A stretch of 64,000 nucleotides of DNA. It comes from Cellvibrionales bacterium UBA7375 (GTDB lineage Bacteria; Pseudomonadota; Gammaproteobacteria; Pseudomonadales; Porticoccaceae). Location: contig CATAJQ010000029.1 in the NCBI GenBank assembly GCA_949487135.1, positions 51,256 through 115,255 of the forward strand. The letters run 5' to 3'. Made by a program: the position numbers and the translations under genes. Within the stretch, counting starts at the first letter, position 1; every line of letters begins with the position of its first letter. The notes beneath the pieces are model-generated. The model made no database searches. It saw only the letters and a program-made list of their open reading frames with translations, and was not told where the DNA came from. This document shows, piece by piece, positions 21,176 to 32,905 of this stretch.

Positions 21176-21705
21176 TCATTGCTTGATGGTTTCTTTTGCA
21201 GTTTGCGTTGAAGGGTGCGGCGGTGCATACCTAGGCTTCTAGCCGTCGCTGAAATATTACCTTCATTATCTTTTAATACTCGTTGAATATGTTCCCATTC
21301 CAAGCGGTTTACAGAGGTTAGCTCTGCGGGAATCGACACAGTATCAGTACTGCCTTGTGGTGATGAAAATGCAGTCACAATTTCATCCACAGATGCCGGT
21401 TTACACAGATAATTAACTGCGCCCAATTTTATCGCCTCCACCGCCGTGGATATACTGGAATAACCAGTTAATATTAGAACCTCCACATCGGGAAGAATCT
21501 GTTTGATAGACGTTAAAATAGATAGCCCAGATTCACTCTGCAACTTTAAATCAAGAATAACACGATCAATATCGTTATTGTTCTCACACAGATCAAAAGC
21601 CTGCGAGCCATCGTTAGCACTAAGAACACTATGGCTTTGTCGCTCGATTACCCTCGAGAGTACTGAGCAAAAGGTATTGTCATCATCAATAATAAGATAC
21701 TTCAT
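21115..21705 (-). CDS. regA: RegA/PrrA/ActR-family response regulator
   Basis: Receiver domain (IIDDD, LDLKL, LTGYSSISTAVEAIKLGAVNYLCKP) and Fis-type HTH LEWEHIQRVLKDNEGNISATARSLGMHRRTLQRKL. Confidence 0.92.
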   Translation of the reverse strand: MKYLIIDDDNTFCSVLSRVIERQSHSVLSANDGSQAFDLCENNNDIDRVILDLKLQSESGLSILTSIKQILPDVEVLILTGYSSISTAVEAIKLGAVNYLCKPASVDEIVTAFSSPQGSTDTVSIPAELTSVNRLEWEHIQRVLKDNEGNISATARSLGMHRRTLQRKLQKKPSSNDHSLHCFAITMASSRPKPSR

Positions 21706-22991
21706 GCTGAAGTCCCATCACTGGCACTTAGATTCACCGGCAAGTTGATCGTGGTTAAGGTGCCACCATCCTCACGATTTTGTAAGTTTATAGAGCCGCC
21801 AAAACGCGTCACAGTGCTTTGAGATAAAAACAATCCCAGGCCCAAACCTTCAGCTTTATTTGAGTAAAAAGGTTTGCCAATATCATCTGTATCAGGCTTG
21901 TTAAAGCCTTCACCCTGATCCTTAATTTGAATCGTTATTTCAGCCTCAGTCCAAGCAATAGATACCTCGACCAAATTAGGGCTGGCATCTGAAGCATTAT
22001 TTAAAAGATTTAAAATAGACTGGGCAACAGTAGGGTGAAACCTAAGATCTGGTGCGGGTATCAAGTTCTCAGAATAACTAATAGTAGCTTTGAGTTCAGG
22101 TCGCATCAAATGCCATCGTTCAAATAATTGATCAAAATAACTTTGCAATGGTTGTAGTGAGAAGGCCTGTGAAGTAGATTCATTGGCGGTAGTCTGCAGT
22201 TCTTTAAGGGTTGTTTTACATTGAGCAATCTGTTGACTTAACAAGGTTAAATCTTGGTTTTTATCCTGCTGTAAAAGCATTTCATCCACCAAGAGTTTCA
22301 TGGTGTTTAGCGGTGTACCCAACTCATGGGCAGTTCCTGCAGCTAGAGTTCCAATAGCCAATAGTTGCTCATCCTGAAGCTGTTGCTCACGATGCGCGGC
22401 AATTTTCTGTTGCTGAAATCTGAGTTCGCTCGCCATACGGCTGATAAAGTAGGCAATAATCGCCGCGCTAATAGCAAAATTAGCCCACATCCCCAAAATA
22501 TGTAAGTTATTGCCTGCCATAGAATGGCCCATATGATTTGGCGGTATGGCAGATACAGGTACATGTTAACTAAGTAACAGGCTGTAACAACCCAGTGTGA
22601 TAATAGCGATGACTGATGTATACATCCTGGGGAGCGCAATGGCGGCGATACTAATCGAAATGAGGTAATAGGATATAAATGGGTTTGAGGCACCGCCGCT
22701 AAAATACAGTAGGATACTAAAGAAGAATATATCCACTAGCAGGTGGACAAAAAACTCTTTATTCCCAATTGGGATATTAACTCTACCTCTGTTAGCAGTT
22801 GCAATGGTAACGGATGCATAAATCGCTAGCACCCACGCTATTTCACTGGAGGGTAGATCAATGGGTTTAAAAAAGCTGAAATAAACCAGTGCAAGCGCCT
22901 GCCCAGCTAATACTACGGCACGAATTAAACCCAACCTAAATAGGTTTTGGCGCGAGGCTGAATTAGCTTGATTGAACGCATTATTTATCAT
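21702..22991 (-). pseudogene. regB: RegB/PrrB-family sensor kinase interrupted by an in-frame TAA at 22566-22568
   Basis: ORFs 22566..22991 and 21702..22532 are in the same frame and read YSLLLS*HVPVSAIPPNHMGH. The N-part carries GGASNPF, and the C-part carries the H-box AAGTAHELGTPL, QCK and the G-boxes GLGLGL. Confidence 0.85.
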
Positions 22992-23272
22992 GCTTGCTAG
23001 TTTAGCAAAATTCGCTGTTTAGTCGTTCAATTAAATAAAGTATTACCCCCGATTTACAATATCCAATTTTACCCATTGCATAAAAAAATACCTTTCAAGC
23101 GAGTGACGCCATGGTGGCCTACTATTTTAACAGAGACATTCAGTTTCCTACCGATAATAATGCGTTAGTAGACTAAGAAATCTATCATTTTGGTTGCACA
23201 AATTGTGGCAGCCTTACTCTAAAGCGGTTAACATTGCGCCTCATAACCTATCCATTGTTTAAGAAGTTTTAG

Positions 23273-23638
23273 ATGCAGCCACTATCGGAGAGTCTTCAAG
23301 AAAATTTTGATCGCCTTATTATTGAAAGCCTCGAGCAAGGCTGTATTTGGGCGTTGAGAGACGAGGATGATAACTGGGCGATAGTTGAGTCTGAGATTAA
23401 CCCAGAAATAGGCGTAATTCCCTTTTGGTCCAATCAAGAGTTAGCTGCTCAGCTGTGTAATGGTGATTGGGCTGTATACAAGCCAGTCGCAATCGCTATG
23501 GAAGAATTTCTTGATGACTGGCTTACAGGAATGCATGAAGATGTATTGCGTGCCGGCATCAATTGGAACACTGATCTTGAGGGTCAAGAACTTGAGCCTT
23601 TAGATTTACTTGAAGAATTTGAATCAGAGTTAGAATAA
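23273..23638 (+). CDS. DUF2750 family protein
   Basis: Acidic protein with WALRDE...IPFWS...FLDDWL...GINW pattern. Confidence 0.75.
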   Translation: MQPLSESLQENFDRLIIESLEQGCIWALRDEDDNWAIVESEINPEIGVIPFWSNQELAAQLCNGDWAVYKPVAIAMEEFLDDWLTGMHEDVLRAGINWNTDLEGQELEPLDLLEEFESELE

Positions 23639-23641
23639 CCC

Positions 23642-24337
23642 ATGTTTTTACAATCTTTTTTTTCGCAAAACGGTAATCAGCTGAGTATTAGTGCTGAACA
23701 GGGCAGTCAATTTGCCAAACAAATCTGTAATGATTACAACCCGATTCATGATGTTGAGTCCAAGCGTTTTTGTGTGCCTGGTGATTTGCTATTTGCTTTA
23801 ACCCTTAATAATTATGGGTTGAGCCAGCACATGCGATTTGATTTTTCCGGTCTAGTGCCAGCTGACAAGGAGCTATTATTCCCTGAGTGGAAAGGGTCAG
23901 AATTATCGATCACAGATAGTCGAGAAAAACTTTATCTCAATGTATATCGCGAGGGTGAGGTTTCTCAAGAGCAGTCAGCTATTGAGCACTTAGTTCGAAG
24001 TTATGTTGAGTTTTCTGGCCACAGCTTCCCCTATATATTGGTACCACTGATGCAGCAGCATCAAGTAATGATTAACACAGCACGACCCCTAGTGATGTAT
24101 CAGTCTATGTCATTAAGTCTGGACCAGTTAGACATATCCTCACCTGAAGTGAAGTTCTTAGATGCTAAGATGGAAGTGGATGGTAAGCGCGGCAATGTTA
24201 CGCTGCAGTTTTCTATCGATGATGGTGAAAAAGCCATTGGTCATGGCGAAAAAAAATTAGTACTTAGCGGTCTTCGTGAATATGATCAGCAAGCGATGGA
24301 CCAACTGATACTGGATTACGAAGCCCGAAAAGTATAA
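23642..24337 (+). CDS. DUF3581 family protein
   Basis: FAKQICNDYNPIHD...RFCVPGDLLF and INTARPLVMYQSM motifs. Confidence 0.78.
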   Translation: MFLQSFFSQNGNQLSISAEQGSQFAKQICNDYNPIHDVESKRFCVPGDLLFALTLNNYGLSQHMRFDFSGLVPADKELLFPEWKGSELSITDSREKLYLNVYREGEVSQEQSAIEHLVRSYVEFSGHSFPYILVPLMQQHQVMINTARPLVMYQSMSLSLDQLDISSPEVKFLDAKMEVDGKRGNVTLQFSIDDGEKAIGHGEKKLVLSGLREYDQQAMDQLILDYEARKV

Positions 24338-27160
24338 TTACAGCATTTTCTTCAAAAAAGCCCCTGTATGTGATTGCTTAACTTTAGCCACATCTTCTGG
24401 AGTGCCAGTTGCTACTATGGTGCCACCGCCTGTGCCACCCTCAGGTCCCAAGTCTACAATCCAATCCGCGGTCTTTATCACATCTAAATTATGCTCGATA
24501 ACCACAACCGTATTGCCATGATCTCGCAGCCTGTGGAGTACAGTTAAAAGTTGTTCTATATCATGGAAATGAAGACCAGTAGTCGGCTCATCTAAAATAT
24601 ACAAGGTTTTGCCAGTATCTCTTTTTGAAAGCTCTTTTGATAGTTTCACCCGTTGAGCTTCACCGCCGGAGAGTGTGGTGGCCGCCTGACCTAATTTAAT
24701 ATAGGACAAACCAACATCCATCAATGTTTGAAGTTTGCGTGAAACACTGGGTATGGCTTCAAAGAAAACACTGGCATCCTCAATGGTCATCTCTAATACA
24801 TGATGAATATTTTTGCCTTTGTAAGTTATATCCAAGGTCTCGCGATTGTAGCGGTTGCCTTTACACACATCGCAGGGGACATAGATATCAGGTAGAAAGT
24901 GCATTTCAACCTTGGTTACACCATCGCCCTGACAGGCTTCACAGCGACCGCCCTTAACGTTAAAGCTAAAGCGTCCGGGGGTATAGCCGCGAGACCGCGC
25001 CTCTTGAGTGCCGGCAAACAGTTCTCTAACAGGGGTGAAGATACCAGTGTAGGTAGCGGGGTTTGATCGAGGTGTGCGGCCAATAGGACTTTGATTGATA
25101 TCAATGCATTTATCAAAGTGCTCTAGACCAGTAATTTTATCGTGCGCTGCAGGTTTTAATGTGGTGGCTTTGTTTAGCGCTACGGCGGCGGCGGGGTAGA
25201 GAATTTCATTGATTAATGTTGATTTTCCAGAGCCAGACACGCCAGTAATACAGGTAAATAATCCCACGGGTACTTTAGCGTCAATAGATTTTAAATTATT
25301 GGCTTTAGCACCATTGATTTCAAGGGATTTGCCATTACTTTTATGGCGTTTTTTCGGTACGACGATACCCCTAGCGCCAGATAAGAATTGCCCAGTGACA
25401 GACTTAGGACTATTAATGATAGTCTTACTGTCTCCCATAGCGACAATCTCGCCGCCATGAACGCCAGCACCGGGGCCTATATCGACTATAAAGTCAGCCT
25501 CTTTAATGGCGTCCTCGTCGTGTTCTACCACAATGACGGTATTACCAAGGTCACGAAGTCGCACTAAGGTTTTTAGTAGTCGTTCATTATCTCGTTGATG
25601 AAGGCCGATACTTGGTTCATCGAGAATATACATAACGCCCACTAAGCCAGCACCAATTTGACTGGCTAGCCTGATGCGTTGTGCCTCACCACCCGATAGT
25701 GTATCGGCACTGCGATTTAGAGACAGATAGTTGAGTCCGACATCCACTAAAAAGCAAAATCGGTCGCGAATTTCTTTGATAATCTTTTCAGCAATTTCAC
25801 CCTGACGACCGGGTAAATTTAATTGTTCAAAATATTCGTAGCACTCGCCCACAGGCATAGAGACGATGTCTTCGATTCGTTTATCATCGACAAAAACATT
25901 GCGTGCAGATTTGCAAAGTCTTGTACCCTCGCAATCGGGGCAGTCAGAGGTGGCCATATACTTACTGAGGTCCTCTCTAACCGAATTGCTCTCTGTATCC
26001 CTATAGCGACGTTCCATATTGGGTATAACACCCTCGAAACTATGTTGTCGTCTAAATACGGTGCCGCGATCATTCTCGTAATTGAAGGTAATTTCCTCAT
26101 CGTCGCTACCAAACAGGATTTTCTGTTGATGCAAAGGCGATAAGGTATTCCAAGGGCTTTCAATATCAAAATCGTAGTGCTCAGCTAGACTGCGTAGCAT
26201 ATTGAAGTAAAACAGCGAGCGTCTATCCCAGCCGCGAATAGCACCCTCGGCAATCGAAGCCTCAGGGTGTTGGATAATGCGATCGACATCGAAATACTGA
26301 TGAATACCTAATCCATCACAGGTGCTACAGGCGCCAGCGGGATTGTTGAAAGAAAACAGTCGAGGTTCGAGCTCGGTCAAACTGTAATTACAGGTTGGAC
26401 AGCCAAATTTGGCACTGAACATTAAATCTTCTTCTTCGCCATCCATATAGCTGATAAGCGCAATCCCTTCAGATAGACCCAGTGCGGTCTCAAAGGATTC
26501 TGCCATGCGAATACCAATACCCTCTTTAACCTTAAAGCGATCGACTACAACTTCAATACTATGCTTTTTGTTTTTTTCTAGGGCAGGGGCTTCATCGAGA
26601 TCACAGATAAGACCATCGATTCGCGCACGAATAAATCCTTGTCGACGCAAATTGTCTATTAGATGAACATGCTCACCTTTTCTGTCCTGAACAACTGGGG
26701 CCAAAAGCATTAATTTGGTTCCCTCGGGTAGAGCGAGAACCTGATCGACCATTTGACTAACGGTCTGTGCTTTAAGCGGTAGGTGATGGTCAGGGCAGCG
26801 TGGCTCCCCAGCACGGGCGAATAATAGACGCAGATAGTCGTATATTTCAGTGATCGTACCCACAGTTGAGCGTGGGTTATGGCTAGTAGATTTTTGCTCA
26901 ATAGAGATAGCAGGAGAAAGACCTTCAATATGATCAATATCCGGTTTTTCCATCATTGATAAAAACTGGCGAGCATAGGTAGAGAGTGATTCTACGTAGC
27001 GTCTTTGGCCCTCTGCGTAGAGCGTGTCGAACGCTAGGGATGATTTTCCTGAGCCTGAAAGTCCGGTGATAACAATCAACTTGTCGCGAGGAATATCTAG
27101 GTCGATATTTTTAAGATTATGGGTTCTTGCTCCGCGAACTTGAATTGTATCCATTAGCAC
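24338..27160 (-). CDS. uvrA: Excinuclease ABC subunit A
   Basis: Two ABC ATPase modules ([26 protein letters not shown] twice) and Zn-finger Cys pairs. Confidence 0.98.
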   Translation of the reverse strand: MLMDTIQVRGARTHNLKNIDLDIPRDKLIVITGLSGSGKSSLAFDTLYAEGQRRYVESLSTYARQFLSMMEKPDIDHIEGLSPAISIEQKSTSHNPRSTVGTITEIYDYLRLLFARAGEPRCPDHHLPLKAQTVSQMVDQVLALPEGTKLMLLAPVVQDRKGEHVHLIDNLRRQGFIRARIDGLICDLDEAPALEKNKKHSIEVVVDRFKVKEGIGIRMAESFETALGLSEGIALISYMDGEEEDLMFSAKFGCPTCNYSLTELEPRLFSFNNPAGACSTCDGLGIHQYFDVDRIIQHPEASIAEGAIRGWDRRSLFYFNMLRSLAEHYDFDIESPWNTLSPLHQQKILFGSDDEEITFNYENDRGTVFRRQHSFEGVIPNMERRYRDTESNSVREDLSKYMATSDCPDCEGTRLCKSARNVFVDDKRIEDIVSMPVGECYEYFEQLNLPGRQGEIAEKIIKEIRDRFCFLVDVGLNYLSLNRSADTLSGGEAQRIRLASQIGAGLVGVMYILDEPSIGLHQRDNERLLKTLVRLRDLGNTVIVVEHDEDAIKEADFIVDIGPGAGVHGGEIVAMGDSKTIINSPKSVTGQFLSGARGIVVPKKRHKSNGKSLEINGAKANNLKSIDAKVPVGLFTCITGVSGSGKSTLINEILYPAAAVALNKATTLKPAAHDKITGLEHFDKCIDINQSPIGRTPRSNPATYTGIFTPVRELFAGTQEARSRGYTPGRFSFNVKGGRCEACQGDGVTKVEMHFLPDIYVPCDVCKGNRYNRETLDITYKGKNIHHVLEMTIEDASVFFEAIPSVSRKLQTLMDVGLSYIKLGQAATTLSGGEAQRVKLSKELSKRDTGKTLYILDEPTTGLHFHDIEQLLTVLHRLRDHGNTVVVIEHNLDVIKTADWIVDLGPEGGTGGGTIVATGTPEDVAKVKQSHTGAFLKKML

Positions 27161-27185
27161 TACTTTTATTTAGGTTAAAGGGTCC

Positions 27186-27215
27186 ATTATACGTCTCAAG
27201 CCCTAGGGCGAGCAA
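27186..27215 (-). promoter_or_regulatory. Putative uvrA promoter
   Basis: Minus strand TTGCTC, 18-bp spacer, TATAAT (27186-27191). Confidence 0.5.
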
Positions 27216-27379
27216 AGTGAAATGGAAGAATCTAAGATATTGTTTGACTTTATTTTACTCATCTAACAACAATACAGATGAATAAATAGCTGAATAAATT
27301 ACACGATATTTATTTTCCCAGACCTATCTGACTGTTACTATGGTTAGCATTAAAGTAATTCAATCAATAAGCGACTAAA

Positions 27380-28753
27380 TTGACCATTAGCACCCAAAGT
27401 TCAAGCAAATTTTCCCCCGTCGAAAAGCGAGCCGTATTTTCTATTGCTAGCCTTTATGGTTTTCGCATGTTGGGTTTGTTTATGGTGCTTCCGGTTATGT
27501 CGATTTACTTTGATCAGTATCAGCAAGCCAGTGCATTTTTATTGGGTTTAGCCTTGGGTATCTATGGTCTTACTCAGGCCATATTACAAATACCACTGGG
27601 GTTATTATCGGACAAAATTGGTCGGCGCCCAGTGATATTGGGTGGTCTGCTAGTGTTTATTTTGGGCAGTGTGGTGGCAGCAACTGCTGAAACTGCAATT
27701 GGTGTAGTGATTGGTCGCGCACTTCAGGGAACGGGCGCTATAGCCAGTACATTGATGGCTCTTGTCACTGATCTTACTGCCGAGCAGAATCGCACTAAAG
27801 CCATGGCCTCAATTGGGGGCAGTATTGGTATTTCATTCGCTGTAGCTATGGTTTTAGGCCCTGTGGTGGCGGCAAACTTTGGTTTGGCGGGTATCTTTTG
27901 GTTAACAGCTGCACTCGGTTTGATTGGTGCTGTGATCGTTTTTAAAGCTATTCCCAAAACTTTTTTAATGCGCCAAAATCGTGAAACTCAAACTGATTTG
28001 CAGCAATTGGGTAATTTGTTGCGTGAACCTTCATTGATGCGCCTAAATATGGGTATATTTTTTCTTCATCTGACGCTGATGGCCGCTTTTGTTGTAATAC
28101 CTAATATATTGGTGCGACAACTTGCAATTAACCCAGATCAGCTATGGTGGTTTTACCTCAGTCTTTTAGGGGGTGGCTTTATTGCTATGTTACCCGCTAT
28201 GATTTTTGCAGAAAAACGCAATGCACAGAAAAATATATTTGTCTTAGCCGTAGCGCTAATGACAATTGCAATGTTAGTTTTAGGCAGCACAGATGGTGTG
28301 GTTTTAACGGTATCAATGCTGTTTATCTACTTCGCGGCATTTAATTTATTAGAAGCATTATTGCCCTCGTGGTTAAGTAAGGTATGCCCAGTGGGTAATA
28401 GAGGCACAGCGATGGGCATTTATTCAAGCTGCCAGTTTTTAGGAACCTTTACAGGTGGCATTCTCGGTGGCTTCGCCCTGGCCAATGTGGGTATTGATGG
28501 ATTATTTTGGTTATTGGGTCTGATGCTGTTATTTTGGTGCTTTGTAGCAGCTACAATGGCTTCACCCAAACCACTTCAGACGCTAATACTGCAAGTGGGT
28601 GAAACAAAAGCGAGTGATTTTGTAAAAAGTATTTCAAATATAGTTGGAGTAGAAGATATACTCTTGATTGAGGGTGAAGATTTAGCATATGTTAAGGTAA
28701 ATAAAAACTTAATAGATCTAGAAAGCATACAGCCCTTTTTAAATCGCACATAG
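27380..28753 (+). CDS. MFS transporter (YajR-like)
   Basis: [12 protein letters not shown] and motif [12 protein letters not shown]; conserved uvrA-MFS-ssb arrangement. Confidence 0.88.
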   Translation: MTISTQSSSKFSPVEKRAVFSIASLYGFRMLGLFMVLPVMSIYFDQYQQASAFLLGLALGIYGLTQAILQIPLGLLSDKIGRRPVILGGLLVFILGSVVAATAETAIGVVIGRALQGTGAIASTLMALVTDLTAEQNRTKAMASIGGSIGISFAVAMVLGPVVAANFGLAGIFWLTAALGLIGAVIVFKAIPKTFLMRQNRETQTDLQQLGNLLREPSLMRLNMGIFFLHLTLMAAFVVIPNILVRQLAINPDQLWWFYLSLLGGGFIAMLPAMIFAEKRNAQKNIFVLAVALMTIAMLVLGSTDGVVLTVSMLFIYFAAFNLLEALLPSWLSKVCPVGNRGTAMGIYSSCQFLGTFTGGILGGFALANVGIDGLFWLLGLMLLFWCFVAATMASPKPLQTLILQVGETKASDFVKSISNIVGVEDILLIEGEDLAYVKVNKNLIDLESIQPFLNRT

Positions 28754-28766
28754 ACAGGGGAAACAA

Positions 28767-29261
28767 ATGGCACGCGGAATTAATAAAGTAATCATAGTGG
28801 GTAACTGTGGACAGGACCCAGAAACAAGATATATGCCTTCAGGCGGAGCAGTGACTAATCTGAGTCTTGCCACATCAGAATCTTGGAAAGATAAAAATAC
28901 AGGTGATCAGCAAGAGCGCACCGAATGGCATCGTGTGGTGTTTTTCAATCGTCTAGCGGAAATTGTTGAGCAGTATGTAAAGAAAGGCTCAAAAATTTAT
29001 ATTGAAGGCTCATTGCGTACGCGAAAGTGGCAGGGCCAAGATGGCCAAGATCGCTATACTACAGAAATTGTCGCCAGCGAAATGCAGATGCTAGATAGTC
29101 GTGGCGGTCAGGGGCAGGGTAGTTACGACCAGTCGCAACCAGATTATGCGCCATCGGAGCCACAGCAGTCTGAACAAAAACAAACAGCCCCTCAGCAAGC
29201 CGCAGCGCCAGCTGCAGCACCCGCGCAGGGAATGGGTTTTGATGATGATATTCCGTTCTAG
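28767..29261 (+). CDS. ssb: Single-stranded DNA-binding protein
   Basis: [20 protein letters not shown] and acidic tail FDDDIPF. Confidence 0.98.
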   Translation: MARGINKVIIVGNCGQDPETRYMPSGGAVTNLSLATSESWKDKNTGDQQERTEWHRVVFFNRLAEIVEQYVKKGSKIYIEGSLRTRKWQGQDGQDRYTTEIVASEMQMLDSRGGQGQGSYDQSQPDYAPSEPQQSEQKQTAPQQAAAPAAAPAQGMGFDDDIPF

Positions 29262-29296
29262 GGGTCTAGAACTCATTTAATTTTATGGAGTCAGCT

Positions 29297-29773
29297 ATGA
29301 CAATTAAAGTTGGAGATAAACTGCCAGAGGGAGCCTTTTCAGTAATGGGCGCAGAAGGCCCAACAGTAATAACCACTTCCGAGGTTTTTTCTGGTAAAAA
29401 AGTCGTTGTATTTGCAGTGCCTGGAGCTTTTACTCCTACCTGTGCAATTGCTCATCTTCCCGGTTTTGTGGTCAAGTATGATGAAATTGTCGCTAAGGGT
29501 GTGGATTCAGTAGCCTGCCTATCTGTAAACGACGTATTTGTAATGGATGCATGGGGTAAAAGCGCCAACGCTGAAAACCTACTTATGCTAGCCGATGGCA
29601 ATGGTACCTACGCAACGGCTCTTGGTCTTGAGCTTGATGGTACAGGATTTGGTATGGGTGTCAGAAGCAAGCGTTTCGCCATGATCGTCAATGATGGTAT
29701 AGTAGAACTTCTTAACGTTGATGAAAGTGGTTTTGAAGCATCCAGTGCCGAGGCGGTTCTCGAAGCACTCTAA
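29297..29773 (+). CDS. Peroxiredoxin, Prx5 type
   Basis: PGAFTPTC with the peroxidatic Cys, and SVNDVFVM. ATG at 29297 follows a GGAG SD; the ORF track starts at 29285. Confidence 0.9.
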   Translation: MTIKVGDKLPEGAFSVMGAEGPTVITTSEVFSGKKVVVFAVPGAFTPTCAIAHLPGFVVKYDEIVAKGVDSVACLSVNDVFVMDAWGKSANAENLLMLADGNGTYATALGLELDGTGFGMGVRSKRFAMIVNDGIVELLNVDESGFEASSAEAVLEAL

Positions 29774-29790
29774 TTTAAAGCGTCAGACAT

Positions 29791-29820
29791 AAAAAAAGGC
29801 ACCCAATGGGTGCCTTTTTT
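29791..29820. terminator. Bidirectional terminator between the peroxiredoxin gene and fabB
   Basis: A-run, GGCACCCA-a-TGGGTGCC stem, T-run, between convergent genes. Confidence 0.85.
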
Positions 29821-29840
29821 GTGAAGCTTATTTGATTAAG

Positions 29841-31055
29841 CTAGCCGGAATATTTTTCCATAACCAAGGTGGCGTTAGTGCCACCAAAGCCAAAGCTATT
29901 AGACATTACACGGTTTAGCTGTTTATCTTTACTCTTTAGAACAATTGGCAGACCTTCTGCTTTTTCATCCAAGTTATCAATATGCGCTGAGCCGGCAACA
30001 AAGTTATTTTCCATCATTAGCATGCAGTAAATCGCTTCATGCACACCTGCAGCACCCAAACTATGTCCAGATAATGATTTAGTTGAACTAATATCTGGGC
30101 AGTTGTCGCCAAAGGTATTATGAATAGCGCCTAATTCGGCTAAATCGCCAACGGGTGTGCTGGTGCCGTGGGTATTGAGGTAATCAATTGGACCATCAAT
30201 ATTTTCCATCGCCATTCTCATACAACGCTCTGCACCCTCACCTGAAGGGGCAACCATATCAGCACCGTCTGAAGTGGCACCATAGCCAGTAATTTCACAG
30301 ATAATATTAGCACCGCGCGCTAGGGCGTGTTCCAGCTCTTCAACGACAACTGTTCCAGCTCCAAGGCCAGGAGCGAAACCATCGCGGTCAGCATCATAGG
30401 CGCGTGAAGCTACCTCAGGGGTTTCGTTATATTTGCTAGTCAGCGCACCCATAGCGTCAAACATACCCGCCATTGACCAGTGCATATCCTCTGATCCGCC
30501 GGCTAATAAAATATCTTGCTTGCCAAGCTGGATCAGTTCGGCCGCGTGACCAATACAGTGGGCACTGGTGGCACAGGCAGAGGCGAGGGCATAGTTAACG
30601 CCCTTAATTTTAAAGGGGGTAGCAACACAGGCTGAAACAGTGCTCGCCATAATCTGAGTCACTCGGTAGGGGCCTGCACGTTTGATACCACGGGCGCGCA
30701 TCACATCAATGGTTTCGGTAAACATTTCACCAGAAACGCCACCAGAACCCATAACAAGGCCTGTTCTTGGGTTAGAAACCATTTCTTCAGTCAAACCTGC
30801 ATCTGCAATCGCTCGATCAGTAGCGATATAGGCATAAGAAGCAGAAGGGCCCATAAAGCGCATAATCTTTCTATCGATATGTTCGCTTGGATCTATATCC
30901 AAAGTAGCGCCAACACTACATTTGAGTCCCATCTCGGCGAAGTCTTCGCGATAGCGAATACCCGAGATACCTTCTTTAAGTGATTTTGTAACAGCTTCTC
31001 TATCATTCCCAAGGCAAGAAACTATTCCCAATCCAGTGATTACTACACGTTTCAT
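29841..31055 (-). CDS. fabB: 3-oxoacyl-ACP synthase I
   Basis: SACATSAH (catalytic Cys), [15 protein letters not shown] and SNSFGFGG; co-oriented with fabA. Confidence 0.94.
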   Translation of the reverse strand: MKRVVITGLGIVSCLGNDREAVTKSLKEGISGIRYREDFAEMGLKCSVGATLDIDPSEHIDRKIMRFMGPSASYAYIATDRAIADAGLTEEMVSNPRTGLVMGSGGVSGEMFTETIDVMRARGIKRAGPYRVTQIMASTVSACVATPFKIKGVNYALASACATSAHCIGHAAELIQLGKQDILLAGGSEDMHWSMAGMFDAMGALTSKYNETPEVASRAYDADRDGFAPGLGAGTVVVEELEHALARGANIICEITGYGATSDGADMVAPSGEGAERCMRMAMENIDGPIDYLNTHGTSTPVGDLAELGAIHNTFGDNCPDISSTKSLSGHSLGAAGVHEAIYCMLMMENNFVAGSAHIDNLDEKAEGLPIVLKSKDKQLNRVMSNSFGFGGTNATLVMEKYSG

Positions 31056-31087
31056 TGGTTATCCTCTAATTAAACAGCCAATAACAG

Positions 31088-31609
31088 TTAGAAATTTTCA
31101 GTATTTTCAAAAAGACCTACTTTAAGGTCTTTAGCGGTATATATTTCGCGACCATCAACCTCGACGCTACCATCGGCTATGCCCATAACTAATTTGCGTT
31201 GAATAAGACGGGTGATATCCAGTTTATAGGTCACTTTTTTAGCATCAGGTAAAATTTGACCAAAAAACTTTACAGTGCCAGCACCTAGGGCGCGACCTCT
31301 GCCAGGATTACCGTTCCAACCAAGGAAAAAACCAACCAATTGCCATAGGGCATCAAGGCCAAGACAGCCAGGCATAACTGGATCACCTTTAAAGTGACAG
31401 TCAAAGAACCACAGGTCAGGAGTGATATCAATTTCAGCGATAATCTCACCGAGTCCATGGGTGCCACCCGTATTGTTGATGGTGACGATTCTATCAATCA
31501 TTAACATATTAGGCGCAGGAAGTTTGGCATTACCAGGGCCGAATAGTTCGCCTTGGCTACATTTTAGAATTTCTTCTTTTGAGTAAGAAGATGCAGGTAT
31601 AAAAGTCAT
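31088..31609 (-). CDS. fabA: 3-hydroxydecanoyl-ACP dehydratase/isomerase
   Basis: [12 protein letters not shown] and [17 protein letters not shown]. Confidence 0.96.
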   Translation of the reverse strand: MTFIPASSYSKEEILKCSQGELFGPGNAKLPAPNMLMIDRIVTINNTGGTHGLGEIIAEIDITPDLWFFDCHFKGDPVMPGCLGLDALWQLVGFFLGWNGNPGRGRALGAGTVKFFGQILPDAKKVTYKLDITRLIQRKLVMGIADGSVEVDGREIYTAKDLKVGLFENTENF

Positions 31610-31711
31610 GGGATCCTTATTGATCTACTCATTGAAGGCGCATCGTAACTACTTATTGTCTCTTCATCAATAGCTAAATCCACAGGAAGGCTGTAATAGG
31701 CATATTCAGGG

Positions 31712-31740
31712 TTGACAGTTCGAGGTCGTCTGCCTAGCAT
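31712..31740 (+). promoter_or_regulatory. Sigma70 promoter of ispB
   Basis: Perfect TTGACA, 17-bp spacer, TAGCAT. Confidence 0.75.
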
Positions 31741-31776
31741 TCGGCTTACACAAAATTTGCAGGTATCTCAGTAAAA

Positions 31777-32733
31777 ATGGCTTTTTTCCACAACTCTGTG
31801 GCTGATGAATTTGAATCGGTCAACCAACTTATTTTGAATAGTCTTAAATCTGATGTTGGTCTGGTTGAAAATATAGGCGGCTATATTGTTGATTCGGGTG
31901 GCAAGCGACTGCGTCCGGTGCTGGTTTTGCTGAGTGCTTTAGCAAATGGATATAACAGCGGTAGAGATCATATTAAAATCGCTGCCATTATCGAGTTTAT
32001 TCACACCGCAACATTACTGCATGATGATGTAGTGGATGTCTCTGCATTAAGAAGAGGGCGTGAGACAGCCAATGAAATCTGGGGCAATGCACCTAGTGTT
32101 CTCGTGGGTGACTTTTTATACTCGCGAGCCTTTCAAATGTTAGTTGAAATCTCAGATATGTCGATCATGAGCGTGTTCGCTGATGCTACCAATGTAATTT
32201 CAGAGGGTGAGGTTCAGCAGATGGCCAATGCAGGTAATCCCGACTTAGATGAATCCACTTATAAAAAAGTTATATATAGAAAGACAGCTAAACTTTTTGA
32301 GGCTGGCATGGAATGCGGCGCTATCCTCGCAGGCTCAAACAAGCAAGCTATGAAAGATTATGGCAAACATTTGGGCATGGCTTTTCAAATTGCCGATGAT
32401 GTATTGGACCTTCAAGGGGATGTCAGCGTGATAGGTAAAAATATCGGTGATGATCTCAATGAAGGTAAGATGACACTGCCATTGATCTTCGCGCGCGAGC
32501 ATTGTAATTCAGAGCAAAGAGACATTATTCGCGATGCAATTAGTAATAAATCCTCAGAAAATTTTGATCAGATTTTAAAAATTGTCTCAGAAACCGGTGG
32601 GGTAGACTATAGTTTGAACAGAGCTCGAGAGCATTCAAGCCATGCGCTCAAAGCTTTACAGGGTCTGCCGGAGGGTCAATATAAAAAAGTATTAACCGAA
32701 TTGGCAACATTTGCCGTATCAAGAGATATATAA
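31777..32733 (+). CDS. ispB: Octaprenyl/polyprenyl diphosphate synthase
   Basis: GGKRLRP, LLHDDVVD...RRG, VLVGDFLYSRAFQ and FQIADD motifs. Confidence 0.9.
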   Translation: MAFFHNSVADEFESVNQLILNSLKSDVGLVENIGGYIVDSGGKRLRPVLVLLSALANGYNSGRDHIKIAAIIEFIHTATLLHDDVVDVSALRRGRETANEIWGNAPSVLVGDFLYSRAFQMLVEISDMSIMSVFADATNVISEGEVQQMANAGNPDLDESTYKKVIYRKTAKLFEAGMECGAILAGSNKQAMKDYGKHLGMAFQIADDVLDLQGDVSVIGKNIGDDLNEGKMTLPLIFAREHCNSEQRDIIRDAISNKSSENFDQILKIVSETGGVDYSLNRAREHSSHALKALQGLPEGQYKKVLTELATFAVSRDI

Positions 32734-32905
32734 CAATAAAATAAAGTTGTGATCTAAGTATTTTGTAGATTTACCACAACCGTAAATTAGACCTTTATTT
32801 TAGAATATAAACCCACCTTAAGTATTTTATTTGGGGTGATTTTGATAAACTTATACCATAATAAGAGTTCACAAAAGTGGACGTTTTATCATTAAGGAGA
32901 ATGAC

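Noticed and set aside
22566-22568. Stop-codon reassignment explaining the regB TAA
   Set aside because: TAA terminates many conserved genes at their normal ends in this window (rpsF, rplI, ilvC, thrS), so standard code 11 applies.
23111-23176. Small ORF MVAYYFNRDIQFPTDNNALVD in the regB-DUF2750 spacer
   Set aside because: It has a weak SD and no recognisable motif, so I cannot support it as a gene or relic without a homology search.
23194-23210. TTGCACAaatTGTGGCA as a RegA-type binding site
   Set aside because: Only one half-site resembles the GCGNC...GNCGC consensus; too degenerate to call.
27161-27379. LexA/SOS box upstream of uvrA or ssb
   Set aside because: No CTGT-N8-ACAG was found, only a half-site within the TCATCT...AGATGA inverted repeat.
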